Source of the DNA: Felis catus
Taxonomy: Eukaryota
Direction of reading: 5' to 3'
DNA length: 64,000 nucleotides
NCBI RefSeq assembly: GCF_018350175.1
Contig: NC_058368.1
Span: 75,394,001-75,458,000, forward strand
A program made the translations under genes and the position numbers. Under the pieces are notes generated by a model that worked only from the letters and a program-made list of their open reading frames with translations, made no database searches and had not been told where the DNA came from. Of this stretch, positions 62,308 through 64,000 are shown piece by piece; the stretch's first letter is position 1, and every line of letters starts with the position of its first letter.

Positions 62308-64000
62308 TAAAAATACTCTTCCCTAGAAATATTTATAGAAACCCCAAATCTAAGCACTTTCGTGTATCACTGAACCTTAACATTGAACACATTACGTTCT
62401 GATGGCCAGTGAACACAGCATTCCCTTCATTCATTAATTCATTTGTAAATGTGCAATCATATTGTCTCTACCCTGAAATAAGCACTTTTCAAAAGACCTT
62501 TGAATTGACATTCCAGGATCCCTGAATAACTTCTTAATCTTCCCCTAGCAGTTAACCTCACTGGCATCAGAATCTGCATATGGTGCAGACTGGTCAATAG
62601 GACAGAATGTGTTTCCTTTTGAGGAGTGATGTTTATCCTTCTATTTTGTGTTATGCTCAGAATGAGTCTGTTCTGTACCTTTGACAATCCAGACAGATGT
62701 TCCTATGAAATATCGTGCCCTGTAGCCCTAAGCACTTCACTATTTGCGATGCCCATAAAATATAATATGTGATTATTCTTGAAATCATTTGAAAATATTC
62801 TTCTCCAGCATTTAGAGGAAGTAGAAATAGTAAAATCACATAAAAAGATACATTTAAATAATGGTAAATTCCTTTGGACGCATAAAAATAATTTGGTGTC
62901 CTATCAGGGCAATATCATTAGACCTCAGTGAGAATAGATAATCATTTTAGAATGACAGTAATTCTGAAGACAGAAAAGTAAAAAAAAAACCCTCAAAAAT
63001 GCACAAAATCCCAAAATGAATGTTTATGTGATGATGGAAAATTCTCAGAAAATGCTCATTTCTGTGAAATTACCACAGACTTAGTTATGAGAGTAAATGG
63101 GAAGAAAAAGGGTGAAAATAAAATGGTGATTTCTGTCTTTCCCTTAGGAGACTGTCAAACTTCATTCAAGAAAAAGAAATAAATAGTAGTCTGAATTAAC
63201 TTGTATTGTGAGCTCCCGTCGGAAAAAAAAATGAGATAAAAATGAAACAGTGTGCTAATTTTCTACCAAGTTAAAACCTGTAATTCGTTTATAGCTAAGC
63301 ATTTATCCAAGGCAGGAAACTATGAAAGAAAAGCATGGTATAATAATTGGTTTTTCACATTTATATTTATAAAGATTATGATAAAAAATACTCATAATTA
63401 TGCTGCTAGTGTTATAGCATAATCTACCAATAGTTGGATAGATCAAAAAGGAAACATCAAACAACGAAAGCCATGTTAGAAGTCCCTTAAGGAACTAACG
63501 CTCTAAGTATCCATAAACAATACACATACATGTGCATTTTTACAAAACATTATCTATACATTATGGGTACTCAGCTATAAATGTTGAGCAATATTCTAAA
63601 CGACTTGAATATTAGTTTTAAAAGGTTTTAGGCAAGTAAAGCCCATGGTGGGGTGGGGGGGGCAGATAATGGACTTTAAAAAGGTGTTTTAAGGAGAGAC
63701 AAATTTTGGTAGAGAAAGAGAACTAACTATGTTCCTGATGGGGTATGTCATACATGTAAAAGCCCAGTGGGGACAGAGACTAAGCTATGGTTAGAAGTGA
63801 AATTAAGGTCTGCCTTTGTGTTTCTACATAGGGAAAACCCTGTTACCTAAAGAAACTCCGTGGAAGTTAGGTGTTGGTTCAAAAAGCACAACAGTGCAGA
63901 GTGTGGGCTCCAGATCAAACAGAGATGATTCCAGATTCTGACACGTTTGCTTAGGAGCTCTTGGTTTTTAGACACGTTAGTTAGCCTCTCTTTGCCCCAG

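Noticed and set aside
54108..62323. Similar TSDs (aaaatact-tccc) at two different SINEs
   Set aside because: The flanks beyond the TSDs are unrelated. L1 endonuclease preference plus chance explains this, not a segmental duplication.

Overview
This is mammalian nuclear DNA from a cat-family (Felidae) genome, judged by about 26 tRNA-derived CanSINE/SINEC_Fc copies and carnivore-type L1 3' ends. It is AT-rich, lacks a CpG island, and is intergenic or deep-intronic. I cannot support any protein-coding exon, tRNA, rRNA or CRISPR feature. The listed ORFs are translations of SINEs, LINEs or microsatellites, or are short ORFs of chance length. Recognisable content is SINEs (many with target-site duplications, TSDs), ancient L1M, L2 and MIR fragments, a nested L1 block at 55-61.5 kb, MLT1- and LTR16-like solo LTRs, MER5/MER20/MER53 DNA-transposon fossils and simple repeats. 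Subfamily names come from recalled consensus sequences, not a database search. The most unusual structure is a ~700 bp AT-rich quasi-palindrome (50902-51608). It is bounded by a perfect 40-bp inverted repeat of mostly unique sequence and contains an exact 40-bp copy of sequence from ~1.94 kb downstream. Other candidates are a tailless young SINE with a perfect TSD, a decayed 38-39 bp tandem array with CCAAT and RFX-like boxes, a nascent TTTGAGGCA(TA)n minisatellite, a possible 6-nt microexon and several motif-rich repeat-free segments. I see no convincing new gene system.
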